A stretch of 58,483 nucleotides of DNA, the filler included, from Piptocephalis cylindrospora (Eukaryota): assembly GCA_003614145.1 (NCBI GenBank). It is 5 parts of 5 records of this genome, joined end to end, with 100 filler letters (N's around TTAATTAATTAA, not from the genome) between each part and the next. Parts side by side here need not be neighbours in the genome. Positions count along the whole stretch, not along the records: positions 11,879 to 23,560 come from KZ987994.1; positions 23,661 to 35,224 come from KZ987996.1; 3 more parts are not named here. One strand, 5' to 3'. Both the position numbers and the translations under genes were made by a program. The notes beneath the pieces were generated by a model. It saw nothing but the letters and a program-made list of their open reading frames with translations. It did not search any database and had not been told where the DNA came from. Of the stretch, positions 12,678 through 25,556 are shown piece after piece (position 1 is the first letter of the stretch; every line of letters starts with the position of its first letter).

Positions 12678-15600
12678 TTATTCCAGTAGTTCGATAAGTT
12701 CCTTGAGGGTAAAACCTCCGGACTGTACGACGTCCGTTCCCTTTAGGGCACCCTCGGCCAAGGAACGCTACCCTCCGCAGTAACGAGAAAGGAGGTATGG
12801 ATGAGACAGATGGGGATGGAGGGGTGGAGGAGCAAGAGAACAAGTTCAACGTAGATAAAGTACCATACCTTTTTCTTTTGCATCCAGATAATACGATCCT
12901 CCACTGAACAAGGGACCAATAAATGAGAAGAGATGAATCAATAGGGCGAATTAGAACAAGGGTAAGATGATGATAGGGGATAAGATACGACCCTACCAGA
13001 ATCACGAATGGTGATCTTGGTCACGAACACTGGCTTCGTCTGGCCTATCCGATGAACCCGATCAATGGCTTGTTCTGACATTGGGATGGTGTGGTAGGTT
13101 GGTAGGTTAAGGATTAGGGTAGGCGGTTTAAACGGAAAAAGACGTCCTGAATCACTCTTACCTTCAACAGCTGTGGGTCCCAAAGGGGAAAAGGGCAAAT
13201 GAGTAGAAGTGAGAAGTGTAAAAAGATAACGATAGAATAACACGACATTTTCCCCGTCATGATATACCAGGATTAAACCTACAAGAAACCATGAGAAATA
13301 AGATATTCCAACACATCAACATGATCTCCTCCCTCTTACCAAATATCCAGAAGGATTACATGGTTAGCGCTAGTTAGATTGAGCCCGACAGACCCGGACA
13401 TGAGGGAGATAAGAAGGACCTTTTTGGAAGGATCAGTACGGAAACTTTCTAGGGCCTGCTCCCTCTTCACACTGGACATGGATCCATCATCTTCGGGATA
13501 GAGGAGGTTTAGTATGGGTTGTCACAAGGGCCTATTTAAAAAAAGTATGAACCTACAACGTTCAAAGGAAAACCCGGCCTTCCTGACTGGACCCTCCACC
13601 AAATCCAGCAGGCTAGTCCACTAAAGGTTTCATGATATACGGAAAGTCAGAAGGAAAAGGGTTGGGGGGAACATATCACCACTAGCACACATGCTCGAAT
13701 TTTCTCGAATACAGACGCACCTGGGAAAAGATAATACATTTGTCCTTGGGATATGTCTCACGCATGGATTCAAGAACTTGGAGCATCTTCTTGATCTTGG
13801 TGCTCCTCTGACATGTCTCCGTAGAGGGTTCATCCATGGTGAGTCCAATGATATGTATGCACTCCTCGCACAAGGTGCCGTCAATGTAGTCGGAGAGCTC
13901 AGAAGCACACACACTGCACGTGCGACTTCGTCGAGCCTTTCCCACCGAAAGCATCTCCATGCGCAAGGCCAAGTCATCCTCTTTCCAGGATTCATCACGC
14001 GCTTTCTCCCCCACCTCCTCCTTACCCTGCTCATTTTTATATCCTAGGGCTTCGGCAATGTCCTTTATTCCTACAAAATTCTTGCAAAGAAGGACATGGC
14101 AGCAGGCCTGACGAAGTCGAATGAGCATGGCAAGGACATTGGTCACCCGAGGACCAGTTCTTGAGTTGCTAAACATAACCTTCAGGGAGCACCTCATTTG
14201 TTCTTTTAGCCCATCGTAAAAAGTACGTTCGAATGGGGAAAGAGGAATGGAAAGATGATTAATGGTCCGAGCGGGCAATTGGATAAGCATTTTCCCATTG
14301 ATTCGCGTGGTCTTTTTCCGTCGAAGAAGTATAAATTTCAGGATAGCCTGCAGTCGTCTTATAGCCTCATGTGGTCGATTACGGACAATAGGAATAAGGA
14401 TCTCAGCATTGAAAGTGGTAAAGTCAGAGATTTCGGGGACGTGGAGAAACTTGAACAGAGGGTACATGTCCCCCACTCCATTCTACAAGATCATATAGGG
14501 AGCTAGATAAGGGATATGAACCCCCTTCCCCCCAAAGGAGTCTCCCTATCCTCTTACCTGAATGGGAGTTCCAGATAAACACCACCGATACTTGGCCTCC
14601 AGGTGGCAGCAAGCGATGGAGACGCGTGTTTCATGATTCTTGATCATCTGAGACTCATCGAGGATAACACGGCCCCATTTATAACGGAAGAGGGGTCCAG
14701 TGGAATCTGACTTCCTTAGAATACTTTCTTTAACGTCAGAAGGGGTGGAATTATTGATGCTCGATGGGAACTCCGAGGCCACGAGGTTGTAAGTGGTGAT
14801 GACCACATCATAACCTTCCAGATCTTCTGAGCTCTTCCCACGTTTTGGCCCATGATGCACACAGACACGTAAAGTACCCTTAACTGTCTTCTCCTCCAAT
14901 TCTGTGACCCACTGGTGAACCAAAGCTAGAGGAGCGACAATGAGAGTGGAAAGAATGGGGGCACCCTGTTCTCGCCCCGCCTCCTCAACTCCCCCCAGGA
15001 TGAGGGCCATGGCCTGGATTGTCTTTCCCAGCCCCATCTAGATCAGAGACGTCATATAAAGTAAATAGGTTATAAAAGATTATCCTGCCCCCTCTCTCAT
15101 CTCTCAACTTACATCATCGGCAAGAATTCCACCACGATGCATTCCTCTCTCCTGATTCCTCATCCAGGAAAGACCAATGGATTGATGCTCTAAGAGAGTG
15201 ACCTTAAGAGACGTTGGTATTTTCCGGGAGGCTTCTTCTTTGATCCCCGCATCCACGTCCTCTGGCATGCTGTAGAAGAAGGATTGAACTATACTTTGGA
15301 TAGCCAGTTTTCCTTTTCCCTTTCTCTGGAGGTGAGAAAGGGATGTAGATCCTGAAACGAGGTCCGGTCTCATTGTTCCATCCCTTGTAGGAATGGACCC
15401 AGCTTGGCCTGGATGATGGAAGGGTCGAGGAGGTGCATTGGTCGCAGATTGGAATATTGGTGAGGAGGGCCGATGAAGGGCCAAAGGATCATTGGCTAAT
15501 GAGGGATAGTCTTGCTTAGCATCCGATCGAGGGCTTTCAGCACATGCTCTTTCAATCGGTAGAGATATTGGGGTCGGACGAGAGGCAATGTGAGCCGTGG

Positions 15601-15859
15601 AGTCTGTGTGGCCAGATATGGACGATGAATTAACCCCCGTGCTCCTGGGTTCCAATGAGGTAGGTGGAGAACGGGACACAATTGGCTCGGAGGGTCCAGT
15701 ACTGCTTGACAAGGACGGCCGAGTGTCAACTCTGGGCTTGAGCGGGGTCGGAGGCTGGCGAGATGACGTAGCTGGCGATGGGTGTGCCGAGACATTGGGA
15801 ATGTGGGGAGGCTCGGTATCCTTGTTTCCTGAGGAAGAGGTAGGATTTAGCTGGCTCAT
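12678..15859 (-). CDS. SNF2-family ATPase of the Rad5/Rad16/Lodestar(TTF2) group, multi-exon
   Basis: GGILADD|MGLGKTIQ, TLIVAP, VVITTY, RVILDESQMIKN, CLSGTPIQ|N, RLRQAC, IIFSQ|W, GLNLTSANHVILLDIW|FNP|AVE|EQAIDRVHRIGQ, VEDRI; ends FTLKELIELLE*. Confidence 0.92.
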
Positions 15860-16491
15860 CTCTGACTAGGATATGGCAGTAAGGAGCAAGGTAAGAGAGA
15901 CAAAAGGAGAGGAGAAATAGAGACAAAAGGAGAGGAGAAATAGAGACAAAACGAAAGGAAAAAGAGACAAGGGGTAAGATTCTGAAAAAAGGGATAAAGG
16001 AGAGATGCATGAGAAAGGAAATGGGGTTTGATGTGAGACGATGGACTTATTATAAACCTGCCATCTCCGCGGTGTAATCACTCCCCATCTTATTGCTCTA
16101 CTTTGTCTATCTTGATCGACGAGGAAATCTCATTATATAAGAGCAGAAGAGGATATGCATGCTCGCATGTCTAAAAGTTAGACGCAGCGCCCTACAACTC
16201 GAGGATGACGTTTACTCCCCCCCACTAATCTGCCCCAAATTTACCGATAGTATTTGTTTACTTGTACCGGAGTATCTGGTGTACTTTTTGTCACGCCTAT
16301 CATGACCTGGGCTATCATTTAGTAAAGTTCATTAATAAGGAGTTAGTCGTACTCTCTTGACTACATTTACGTCCAGTGCTTGTAATTGATATTGTTATAT
16401 AAGGCTGCATTATTCAGCTGGTTAGACAATAGGTACTAGTTCTGCAGTAAGTGAATAATGATATATAAATATTAAAAATTCAGAAGACATC

Positions 16492-16565
16492 GCTCGCTTA
16501 GCTCAGTTGGTTAGAGCGTCGTGCTAATAACGCGAATGTCACAGGTTCGACCCCTGTAGTGAGCA
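16492..16565 (+). tRNA. tRNA-Ile (AAT), intronless
   Basis: Acceptor stem GCTCGCT/AGTGAGC, D arm TAGCTCAGTTGGTTAGAGC, anticodon arm TCGTG-CTAATAA-CGCGA, T loop GGTTCGA, followed by TTTT. Confidence 0.97.
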
Positions 16566-16909
16566 TTTTCTGTTTTGCCCCACTTGGCTGTGTTCTTTTG
16601 TACTCGCCACACCATACTTAAACAATACACCACATTGGTCACGGCAGTTCCAAAACTCTGGCGCGTTATCCCTTCCTTTCTTTCCTCTTCACGCCACAAT
16701 CAGAACACGCACACACACAAAGAGTATCTTTACCAGTTGCCTCACACACTAGGATTACGCTCTCCCCTTTACCCGGTACTTTCCGCCGCTTCCCCTACCT
16801 CTGCTGAAGCCCTCCCCTTTCTTTCTCCTTTCAACAACATTGCCCCCTTTTCTTTGTTCCTTCTGCAACCAAGCCCCCCCCCCCCCTTTTTCCCATCCTA
16901 AGCCCCATC

Positions 16910-17370
16910 ATGTTCCGTACTACTTTTGCCCTTCGCCGTCAGGCTCTTGCTCCCCTCCGCCGTACCTACTCGGCCGCCACTGCTTCCTCCCCTGCTGAGG
17001 CCGAGGCCCTCAAGCAGCACGCTTTGTGTAAGTCCTAGCTATGTATGAGGAGACGTGGTGGGCTGAGCTTGTACATTGTTTACCTTTTCCGACATCTACC
17101 CTATATTCACCATTACCTCTCCCCCCCTTGCCTGAATTAGCTGCTGCGGAAAAGTGGAAGAAGATTTCCATCTTCTTCTGTCTTCCTGCCATTGTCTTCG
17201 CCACCTATAATGCCTACTCCCTGTACGAGCATCACCAGGAGCACCTCAAGGTTCATCCCCGGGACGAGAAGATGTACCCTTACATTGATATGCACCCTCG
17301 TGACCTTCCCTACGGCGATGGCAAGCACACTGCCTTTTACAACCCCAAGGTCAATCGCACCCGCGAGTAG
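16910..17370 (+). CDS. COX13: Cytochrome c oxidase subunit VIa, mitochondrial
   Basis: Exons 16910-17027 and 17141-17370. Arg-rich presequence, WKKISIFFCLP transmembrane segment, YPY...PYGDGKHTAFYNPKVN. Confidence 0.95.
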
Positions 17371-17620
17371 TAAGGGCGAGGTTGGACCACGAGGTCGTGA
17401 TGTCTGGGGCAATACACTGTCAGGCCCTGTCCATATTGAGGGACTTCTCTTCTCATGAGAAAGTGGACCCCCCCCAGGTGTTTTGATGACCTTTCTTTTT
17501 CCTCAAAAATGAGAATGAATGACGCATGATGCTTTATCCGCTAAGACAAATGAATGACACAAGAGGCTTTATCTCCCACCCTTATTCAATTTCCCATCCA
17601 AAGAGACACAAACAAAAGAT

Positions 17621-18600
17621 TCATTCTTCCTTTGGGGCTAACAAGGCCTTGTTGACCACACCATGGATTTTGGCACACGTGTCCCCACTGACCTCGACAG
17701 CCTGCATAACTAGATCATACTCAACGGATCCAGCATGGTGAATGTGAGTGTAATCGCCCATGGAGGGCATGCGTGAGAGGACCAGTTCACCCTGAGCTGC
17801 CGCAGCCTCCTTGGCCGTGCAATCCACCAAGACTTGGCCATCCACGTATCCAACAGCGCATCCCGTCACCATATCTAGCATCTCAATGCCCGCATCGGCC
17901 AGAGCCGTGCTCGCCACCGTGATGGCCGCTGCTAAGGCCGCGGCGCTCCCATCCTCCTCCAGGATCTGGACGTAGATATCGATGGCCGATTTTGGTAGGA
18001 GGTCCAGATGGATGGCCGGGGCCAGAGCTTGCTGCATAAACTGGGAATATTCCTTTTCCAGGGCATCCTAAGGTGAAGGAGGGCGAGAGATGATGATTAG
18101 GGGGGGGGGCAATCCATGGTCCTCGCCTGACATTGTCCTCCTTCTTACCCGTTGATGGCCACGACGGACGCGACCGGAGAAGGTGGAAAATTTGAATTCA
18201 CAGTACAGTCTCCCGGTCTCTGCCCCGGTAAAATATTGTCTTTTCTCCTGTCTTGGCCCATAGACCGCGGCTACCGCCTTGATTCGACCACATTCTAGGA
18301 AGGCCGAACCGCTTGCCTGAGTGACTAGTCCTGTACGTAGAACTGCATGTGTTGATTGGGGGATTGAGTAAGGGTCTTGATGTGTACGTTGGTATCTCCC
18401 TGCTCTAAACAAACAACAAAGGGATTGAGCTTACACATGGGCCGAGGCGCCTCTGGGAGTCGACCGTCATTCCGTAGTCCGTCCTTCCCAATCACGACTG
18501 GGGCCGAGTCTTGTCCCGGAAGCCCTTGGCTATCCTCCTCCCCCATCCCTAGTGGTGGCACGGACATTTCCGGTCCCTGAATGCGTCTTCTGTCGGTCAT
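17621..18600 (-). CDS. MTR3: Exosome core RNase PH-fold subunit MTR3/EXOSC6
   Basis: MTDRRRIQGP, DGR...RPM|FLRTGLVTQASGSAFLE, VYGPR, PKSAIDIYVQILEEDG, ALADAGIEM; two introns. Confidence 0.88.
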
Positions 18601-19589
18601 GATGCAAGACGGGTAGTTTGCCAATGAACGAGAAGAGGAAAGGTTGGAGGAGGAGAAGTAAGGGCTTTTAGATTCAAGGTACATCCACTGGCACTCATTC
18701 CACTTCTTATTCTCCAGTCTAGGACATCCCTCATCTCTTCTCTCAAAAATGCTTTCCAGTGTGTTGCTTGGGCAGGTGGCGGGGTGAGGGGAGGTGAGTT
18801 GGTCTCTGCAGTTATAATGATAGCAGCGGCTCTCACACCTGGTCAATATTTCCAAAATACGGTCGAAGTATGTGAATTCATAATATTTTCCCCGTTGCTT
18901 ATTCGTATCAACCTCCTGGAGAGAGAGACTGTAATCTGGGGAGATGACTACTCTCAACGCCGCACAAATTCGTGTCTTTTCGCGGGTTGTCAACCGTCCA
19001 TTCCAATGAAGCATTATTCTATATTGTCCGTCTTTCACCCGATCATCACATGTATGGCCTATGAGTATCTCTTTTGCTAATCAAATGATCCAATAACATA
19101 TTTGCTTTTTTCTTTCATCCTACTAATGGTAAATGAAAAAACTGGATAGTTACTCTCGTTAATGCCGCCCTCCCTCCTCTTCCCTGCCTTGTCCCTCCAT
19201 GAGAGGATCAGGATAAACAACGGCCCGTGAAAGGCTAGATTATCACCCATACTGCACATCACGGGGAGTTCGTGTAGGTATGTCATGACACTCGAGTGCA
19301 CTCCCCAGTTCTGATCTGGTCCCAAAAAAACACTCCTCCTCTTCCGCGTGGGTCAGACAGACATCAAGCGGTGATGCTGGATAAGGAGAGGCGCTCACTA
19401 AAGAACAATGTGTGAAGGATCCTCACTGTCTTGTACCGCCCCAATATCCTACCCTTTTCCTCCCTCTCCCCCTTCCCCTTTTCTTTGTTTCCTTCTTTGT
19501 CACCTGTCGGATCCATACTCTTCTGGCCTGCCTGTCCTCTTTCCCCATTCACCTCACCTCATCTCCCCCCCTCTCCTCCCCTTCCACCA

Positions 19590-22500
19590 ATGACCCTGGC
19601 CCCAGAGTTGGTGCAGCTACGAGCCTTGCTCGTATCCTGCCTGTCCGCCAATAACACTGAACGATCCACCGCCGAAGCCACCCTCAACGGCACATACGCC
19701 CTCCAGCAGCCCGATGCTCTCTTGCAGGGTTTGGCCCAGCTCTTGGGTCAGGATGAGGAGCCGAGTATCCGATCCTTGGCCGCTGTTCTCTTCCGTCGCT
19801 CTGCCCTTCGTCCCGTCCAACTCAACTATTCCCAGCAAGAAGGCGAACATCCTACCGCCTCGGAGGGCGAAGAGTCCAATCCGGAGGCTCAAAAGGTCTT
19901 GTGGCACCGTGTCTCCGATGCTACTCGTCAGGGTAGTAAGCACCTCCTTCTCGAGGCCCTACGTGCCGAGCAGGTCGATGCTGTCCGTCGTAAGATTGTC
20001 GATACCTCTGCCGAAGTCTACAAGCATTGTACTGCTCATGCTCGTACGTTCATCTACCTCTTTCTCGATATCATATACCATCATTATTGTTCTATATTAG
20101 CAACAACTCACGTCACTCCTTATAGAACCCTGGCCCCAACTTCAACCTACTCTCTCAGAAATGGCATCTTCCTCTCAGGCCCCACATCGGGACTGTGCAT
20201 TCCGTCTCATCACCTCGGCCCCCGCCCTCTTGGCTCGTCAGACCCCGGATGCCTCGAGGTCCCTCTTTGCTTCCCATCTCGCCGACCCGTCGATCCAAGT
20301 TCGCGTCTCGGTTCTCCGTGCCCTTGTTGCCTTTATCAAGGATGCTGAAAAGCGCGTTCAAAGTGCCTTTTCCGCCATCATTGGCAACATCCCTCAGGTG
20401 AGTCTAGGTCTGGGTTCAGAGTGAATCAAGTTTCCCCTCTTCCTCATCTCTCCTATCCTCTCCTCCTTAGATCTTAGGGGATGTGGCCTCAAGTGGAGAG
20501 GAGGTATCTTTACAAGAGGCCCTGACCTCCATCACCGAGCTGGCCGAGGCTTCCCCAAGACTTTTACGCCCTGCTCTGCCCGGCCTTACGGCCTTTTGTG
20601 TTCAGTGCATGGATGCCGAAGCCCTAGAGGATCAGACCCGTAGCATGGCCGCTGAGGTCCTCCTTACCCTGACGGAGAATGCCCCGGGGATGATGCGTAA
20701 GGAGCCTTCCTTTGTTGTCTCTTTCCTCCCCGCTTGCCTCCGATGGGTGTGTTTGGTGGAGGAGGATGAGGATTGGTACACCACTGCTACCCTGGATAAC
20801 GAAGATAATGAGGCCTTGAATGCCATTGCTGAGCAGGCCTTGGATCGTTTGGCCCGTGGATTGGGCGGTAAGGCCATCCTCCCTACTGCCTTCCAGTACA
20901 TCCCCAAGATGCTCGAGACTCAGGGCCCCGAATCCTGGAATCAGAGGCATGGCGCGCTCATCACTCTCTCCTGTATTGCCGAGGGCTGTGTCCGACCCAT
21001 GGAAAAGGAACTGGGAAGTGTCCTCACTATGGTCCAGCCCGCTTTTGCCGATCCCCATCCCCGCGTCCGGTGGGCTGCCTGCAATTGCTTCGGCCAACTC
21101 TCCACCGATTTTGCTGGTACCATGCAAGCCCAGTATCATCAGATCGTATTGAGTTGCGTCATCCCCATGCTCGGTGACAAAGATTCTCCCAGGGTTCAGG
21201 CTCACGCTGCCGCTTCTCTCGTCAACTTTTGCGAGGAAGCCGATAAGGAGGTCCTTGAACCCTATATGGACTCCCTATTCAAGGGTCTCCTCCCCCTCCT
21301 GAGCACCCAGTATAGGTATCTCCAAGAACAGACCATCACCACCATTGCCACCATTGCCGATAGTGCCGGCGATCGCTTCAGTCGTTATTACGATGTCATT
21401 ATGCCCATGCTCCTCAATGTTCTTCGTCAGACCGTCGGTGTCAAGGAACATCGGCTACTTCGTGGCAAGGCCATGGAGTGTGCTACTTTGATTGGTGAGT
21501 AGGCTTTCGACTGGACGCGCCGGTTAATCACTTGGCTTCATTCACTAACCCTCTCTCCCCCCCGCCTTGTCCATTAGCCTTAGCGGTAGGGAAGGAGACT
21601 GTTGGACCCCAACTCCCGGAGCTCTTGCAACTTCTCACCGACTCTCAGGCTTCCATGACCGATGCGGATGATCCCCAGATCCCTTACCTCTTGGCTGCCT
21701 GGGCCCGTCTTTGCACCGTCATGGGCGAGGACTTTACTCCGTACCTCTCCACTGTCTTGCCCCCTCTGCTGCACTCGGCTAAGCTCAATGCCGAATTTGC
21801 TCTGGTTGAGGCTGGAGAGGATGTGGAGAGCCGGTATTCGGCCGAAGATGGCTGGGAGTTTGTCCCATTGGAGGGACAGCAAGTCGGGATTCGGACCACG
21901 GTCCTGGACGAAAAGTGCACGGCCTTGGAGATGATTGGGTGCTATGCCGATCAGCTTAAGGGCTCCTTTGGCCCTCATGTCCCCGAAGTTCTAGAGATCA
22001 TCCTGCCCCTCCTCAAATTTTACTTTCACGAGGGAGTTCGTCATGCCTCAGCCGTTGCCATCCCCTTCCTTCTGGAATCTTTGAGGCTTTACGGTAAGCT
22101 TGATCTAGAATGTAGAAGATGAAGAGGAATACTGGATCTTTACTTATCCTCTTTTCCCCACCCAAAGATCCCTCATCCTTGCTCAAGACTTGGTCCACCA
22201 TCGCGGTCAGGATCAACGATGTTATCTTCAATGACTGTGATCCAGCTTTCCTGCTTCAGATGGTCTCCACCTACACGGATTGCCTGGCCATTGTAGGGAG
22301 GGAGGGCCTGGATAAGGTCCAAGTGGATGATTTTTGCCGCGGGATGGAGGGCCAACTCATGGAATTTTTCCAGAGACATCGTCGTCGTCAGGAGGAAGCC
22401 GCGGGCGACGGAGAGGGTGGAGAGGGCGGAGAGGGAGTTGGAGAGGATGATGCAGTCCTGGAGGAGCAGGAATCGGATGAGGCCCTGCTTGCTGAGATGA

Positions 22501-23282
22501 ACCGGGCCATCCAGACGGTCCTTAGCCTCGCTGGCTTAGAATTCCTCCCCTCCTTTGAGAACCGACTTCTCCCCATCCTTCGTACCTTCCTCGGGGACAA
22601 GGACGATGCCCTAAGGCAATGGGGGCTCCTCTTTGCCGATGATGTTATTGAGTACACTGGCCCCGCTTCGGTCATGTATTTGGACACTTTTGGCCCGGCC
22701 CTCCTGAATTCCCTGGCCGATTCGAGCGCGGATGCTCGACAGGCTGGGGCTTACGGCGTAGGCCTAGCGGCGCAGAAGGGTGGGGAGGGCTATGTGGAGC
22801 TGTGCGGGGCTGCCGTACCCCATCTTGTTCGGATGATCCAGGATCCTAGCTCCAAGGAGGAAGAGTCGGCCAATGCCACAGACAATGCCGTCTCTGCCCT
22901 CACCAAGATATTTTCTTCCGAAGCTGGGACCGCTTTGGGTAACGGGCCGGATGGGGAAGTAGCCCTTCGGGCCTGGTATCATGGTCTCCCTCTGATTCAC
23001 GATGAGGCCGAGGCTCCGCTCACCTGTGACTTCCTGATGAAGCTTTTGGATGGCCATCATCCTCTTATTCTCGGGGACGCTGGTCCTGGCTTGGGCCGAC
23101 TGGTCTCCATCTTGACCGAGACCCTGGTCCTCTCTATCCTTCCCCAGGACCAAGAGGTCAGGTTGGCTTCGTACCTCAAACAGATTGTGGCCGATACTTC
23201 CTCCCCCGAGGCCCAAGCTAGACTATGGGAGGGAGTGGATCCGGTGAAACGGGCCATGCTCCAGAGTAAGGGATATCTTTGA
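19590..23282 (+). CDS. PSE1: Importin beta-3 / karyopherin PSE1 (KAP121, importin-5)
   Basis: HEAT repeats with AEQALDRLA, DPHPRVRWAACNCFGQLSTDF, PRVQAHAAASLVNFCE, LLRGKAMECATLI, FYFHEGVR; four GT-AG introns. Confidence 0.95.
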
Positions 23283-23423
23283 AAGAGGAATATCAGAAAG
23301 TGATGGGCCAGTGAGCGAGTGAGGGAAAGGGGATGTCTGGGATAACTTGGGATGAAGTAAAGACAATAATCATTTGTGAACATTGATGGGAAAGAGAGAG
23401 AGAGAGAGAGGAAAGGGGCCCAT

Positions 23424-23560
23424 TTATTGAAGTAAGAACATGATAGTCATGAACAAGATTGGGCCGGACGGACCGGGTAGGGGAGCAAGAGGGCCTGAGG
23501 AGGCGCGACTGTGACTGGAAGACCGAGATTTTCGTTTGACGACACGAGTGGTAGTAGCAG
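23424..23560 (-). CDS. 3' fragment of a gene cut by the contig end, with hydrophobic GPI-signal-like C-terminus
   Basis: Open frame ATTTRVVKRKSRSSSHSRASSGPLAPLPGPSGPILFMTIMFLLQ*, convergent with PSE1. Confidence 0.35.
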
Positions 23561-23660
23561 NNNNNNNNNNNNNNNNNNNNNNNNNNNNNNNNNNNNNNNN
23601 NNNNTTAATTAATTAANNNNNNNNNNNNNNNNNNNNNNNNNNNNNNNNNNNNNNNNNNNN
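23561..23660. other. Artificial contig linker
   Basis: N44-TTAATTAATTAA-N44. Confidence 0.97.
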
Positions 23661-24143
23661 AAGGGGGAGGGAGGAGCGAAGAGAAGGAATGAATAGTATT
23701 TCGTATTGTCTGAGCAAAAGACGGTGTTGTTGTTTCTGTCTGCTCTATCCAGACTGCTCTAGCAAAACGACAGCCAAGAGAGTTATCTGATGATTCAAGG
23801 GTCCCGCCCGTGTGCATGCATGTTGCACCGTGCATCATGCCCTGCGGGTCCAGAGACAAGATACTGGAAAGAGAAGAAAACAAAAAGTAGGAGTCGAAAG
23901 GGAAATGCACTCTTAATATATTAGAGGGGATTCATCTCGGAATGGGGATGAGGAGAGGGAAAGAAAGGGGAGGGGGAGGAATATGAAATTCCCACATGAC
24001 CCGATCCTGTCCGACTCGTTCACCGTCCATCCCTACCATTCCTCCTCCCAGGGTACACACACTCATGCATGGCCCAAAAGGATAGGGAAGCATGAAGTGG
24101 GTGAGGGACACTCAGTAAATGAGTAGCAACTGCTCACATCAAC

Positions 24144-25556
24144 TTAGTAACCGTAGCCGGAGGCAGCGGGGGCCTCACCGTAGGAGGGAGCGGTGGGGTA
24201 GGTCTCATCACCAGTGGGCTCGGCACCGGTGGGGTAGGTCTCGTCGGAGGAGGGCTCCTCGGAGGGGTAGGTGACATCGGAGGAGGGCTCAGCACCAGAC
24301 TCGCAGGGAGTGGAGGCCTCGTAGGAGGGCTCCTCACCGGAGGGAGCGGGGCCAGTGGGGTAGGTCTCACCACCGGTGGGCTTCTCGCCAGAGGGGTACT
24401 CCTCATCGGACTCGGTGCAGTCCTCATCGGACTCGGAGTACTCACCCTCGGAGTACTCACCCTCGGTGCAGTCCTCCTCAGACTCGTTGTTGTTCTCCTC
24501 ACCAACGGGGTAAGAGGGGACCTCGGACTCGTGGTCGTTCTCCTCACCAACGGGGTAAGAGGTGACCTCCTCGTGGTCGTTCTCCTCACCGGAGGGGGTG
24601 GGGGTGGGGATCTCCTCGTTGTTGTTCTCGTTACCGACGGTGATGGTGACGGTCTCGGTGACGACATCGGTCTCGGTGGTGTGGTGGACGGAGGTGACAT
24701 CCTCGGTGTTGTAGATCTCCTTGGTGTGGTAGATCTCCTTGGTGTTGTAGATCTCCTTGGTGTTGTAGACGGGGATGGTGGTGTAGAGGGTCTCCTCCTC
24801 GGTGTTGGTGACCTCGTGGACGAGGGTGGTGGCGGCGGTCTGGGTGACGCGGGCAACCTTGGTCTTGGTGACGACGGCGGTCTCGGTCTCGTAAACATCG
24901 TGGACCTTGGTGGTGGTGGCCTGGATGGTGTTGTAGAGGGTCTGGTAGGTGACATCAGTCTCGGACTTGGTGACCTCAGCGGTGTTGGTGACGGTAGCGT
25001 GGTTGACCTTGGTGGTGTAGACGGGGATGGTGGCGTACTCGGTGACCTCGGCGGTGTGGGTGACGACATCGGTCTCGGTGCAAGTGACCTTGACATCCTC
25101 GGTCTTGGTGACGGTGACCTCCTCGGTGTTGTAGACATCCTTGGTGTTGTAGACATCCTTGGTGTTGTAGACATCCTTGGTGTTGGTCACGGTGACAACG
25201 GGGGTGGAGACGGCCTCGTGGTCGTTCTCCTCACCGGAGGGGGACTCGCCACCCTCACAGGGAGTGGAGGCCTCGGAGGCGGGAGCCTCGCTGGAGGGAG
25301 CGGGGACCTCGGGGTAACCGGGGGTGGGGACCTCGGGGTAAGAGGGAACCTCCTCGTTATCGTCCTCCTCACCGGAGGGAGCGGGGGCCTCGGGGTAGCT
25401 GGGGACCTCGGGGTAGCCGGGGGCGGGGACAGAGACCTCAGCGGAGGGCTCCTCGCCAGCGGGGGCGGGGGCCTCGGGGTAGCCGTAGTCACCGGGGAAG
25501 GCGGTGGCGGGGGCGGCGACGAGGGCAGCAAGGACAAGGGCGGTGTAAAGTTGCAT
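24144..25556 (-). CDS. Secreted Thr/Glu/Pro/Tyr-rich repeat protein (cell-wall or mucin-like), 470 aa, intronless
   Basis: Signal peptide MQLYTALVLAALVAAPATA; DVYNTK and EIYNTK hexamer repeats; T/V-alternating core; very strong C/G-ending codon bias. Confidence 0.88.
   Translation of the reverse strand: MQLYTALVLAALVAAPATAFPGDYGYPEAPAPAGEEPSAEVSVPAPGYPEVPSYPEAPAPSGEEDDNEEVPSYPEVPTPGYPEVPAPSSEAPASEASTPCEGGESPSGEENDHEAVSTPVVTVTNTKDVYNTKDVYNTKDVYNTEEVTVTKTEDVKVTCTETDVVTHTAEVTEYATIPVYTTKVNHATVTNTAEVTKSETDVTYQTLYNTIQATTTKVHDVYETETAVVTKTKVARVTQTAATTLVHEVTNTEEETLYTTIPVYNTKEIYNTKEIYHTKEIYNTEDVTSVHHTTETDVVTETVTITVGNENNNEEIPTPTPSGEENDHEEVTSYPVGEENDHESEVPSYPVGEENNNESEEDCTEGEYSEGEYSESDEDCTESDEEYPSGEKPTGGETYPTGPAPSGEEPSYEASTPCESGAEPSSDVTYPSEEPSSDETYPTGAEPTGDETYPTAPSYGEAPAASGYGY

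Noticed and set aside
15894..15951. Short tandem duplication (AGAGACAAAAGGAGAGGAGAAAT) in the SNF2 5' leader
   Set aside because: Ordinary slippage in a purine tract with no sign of function.
18325..19038. 237-aa ORF extending MTR3 upstream
   Set aside because: The family-like start MTDRRRIQGP begins at 18600; the upstream extension looks non-coding.
23424..24144. A three-gene surface-protein cluster including the GPI-like fragment
   Set aside because: The fragment lies on a different contig across an artificial linker.
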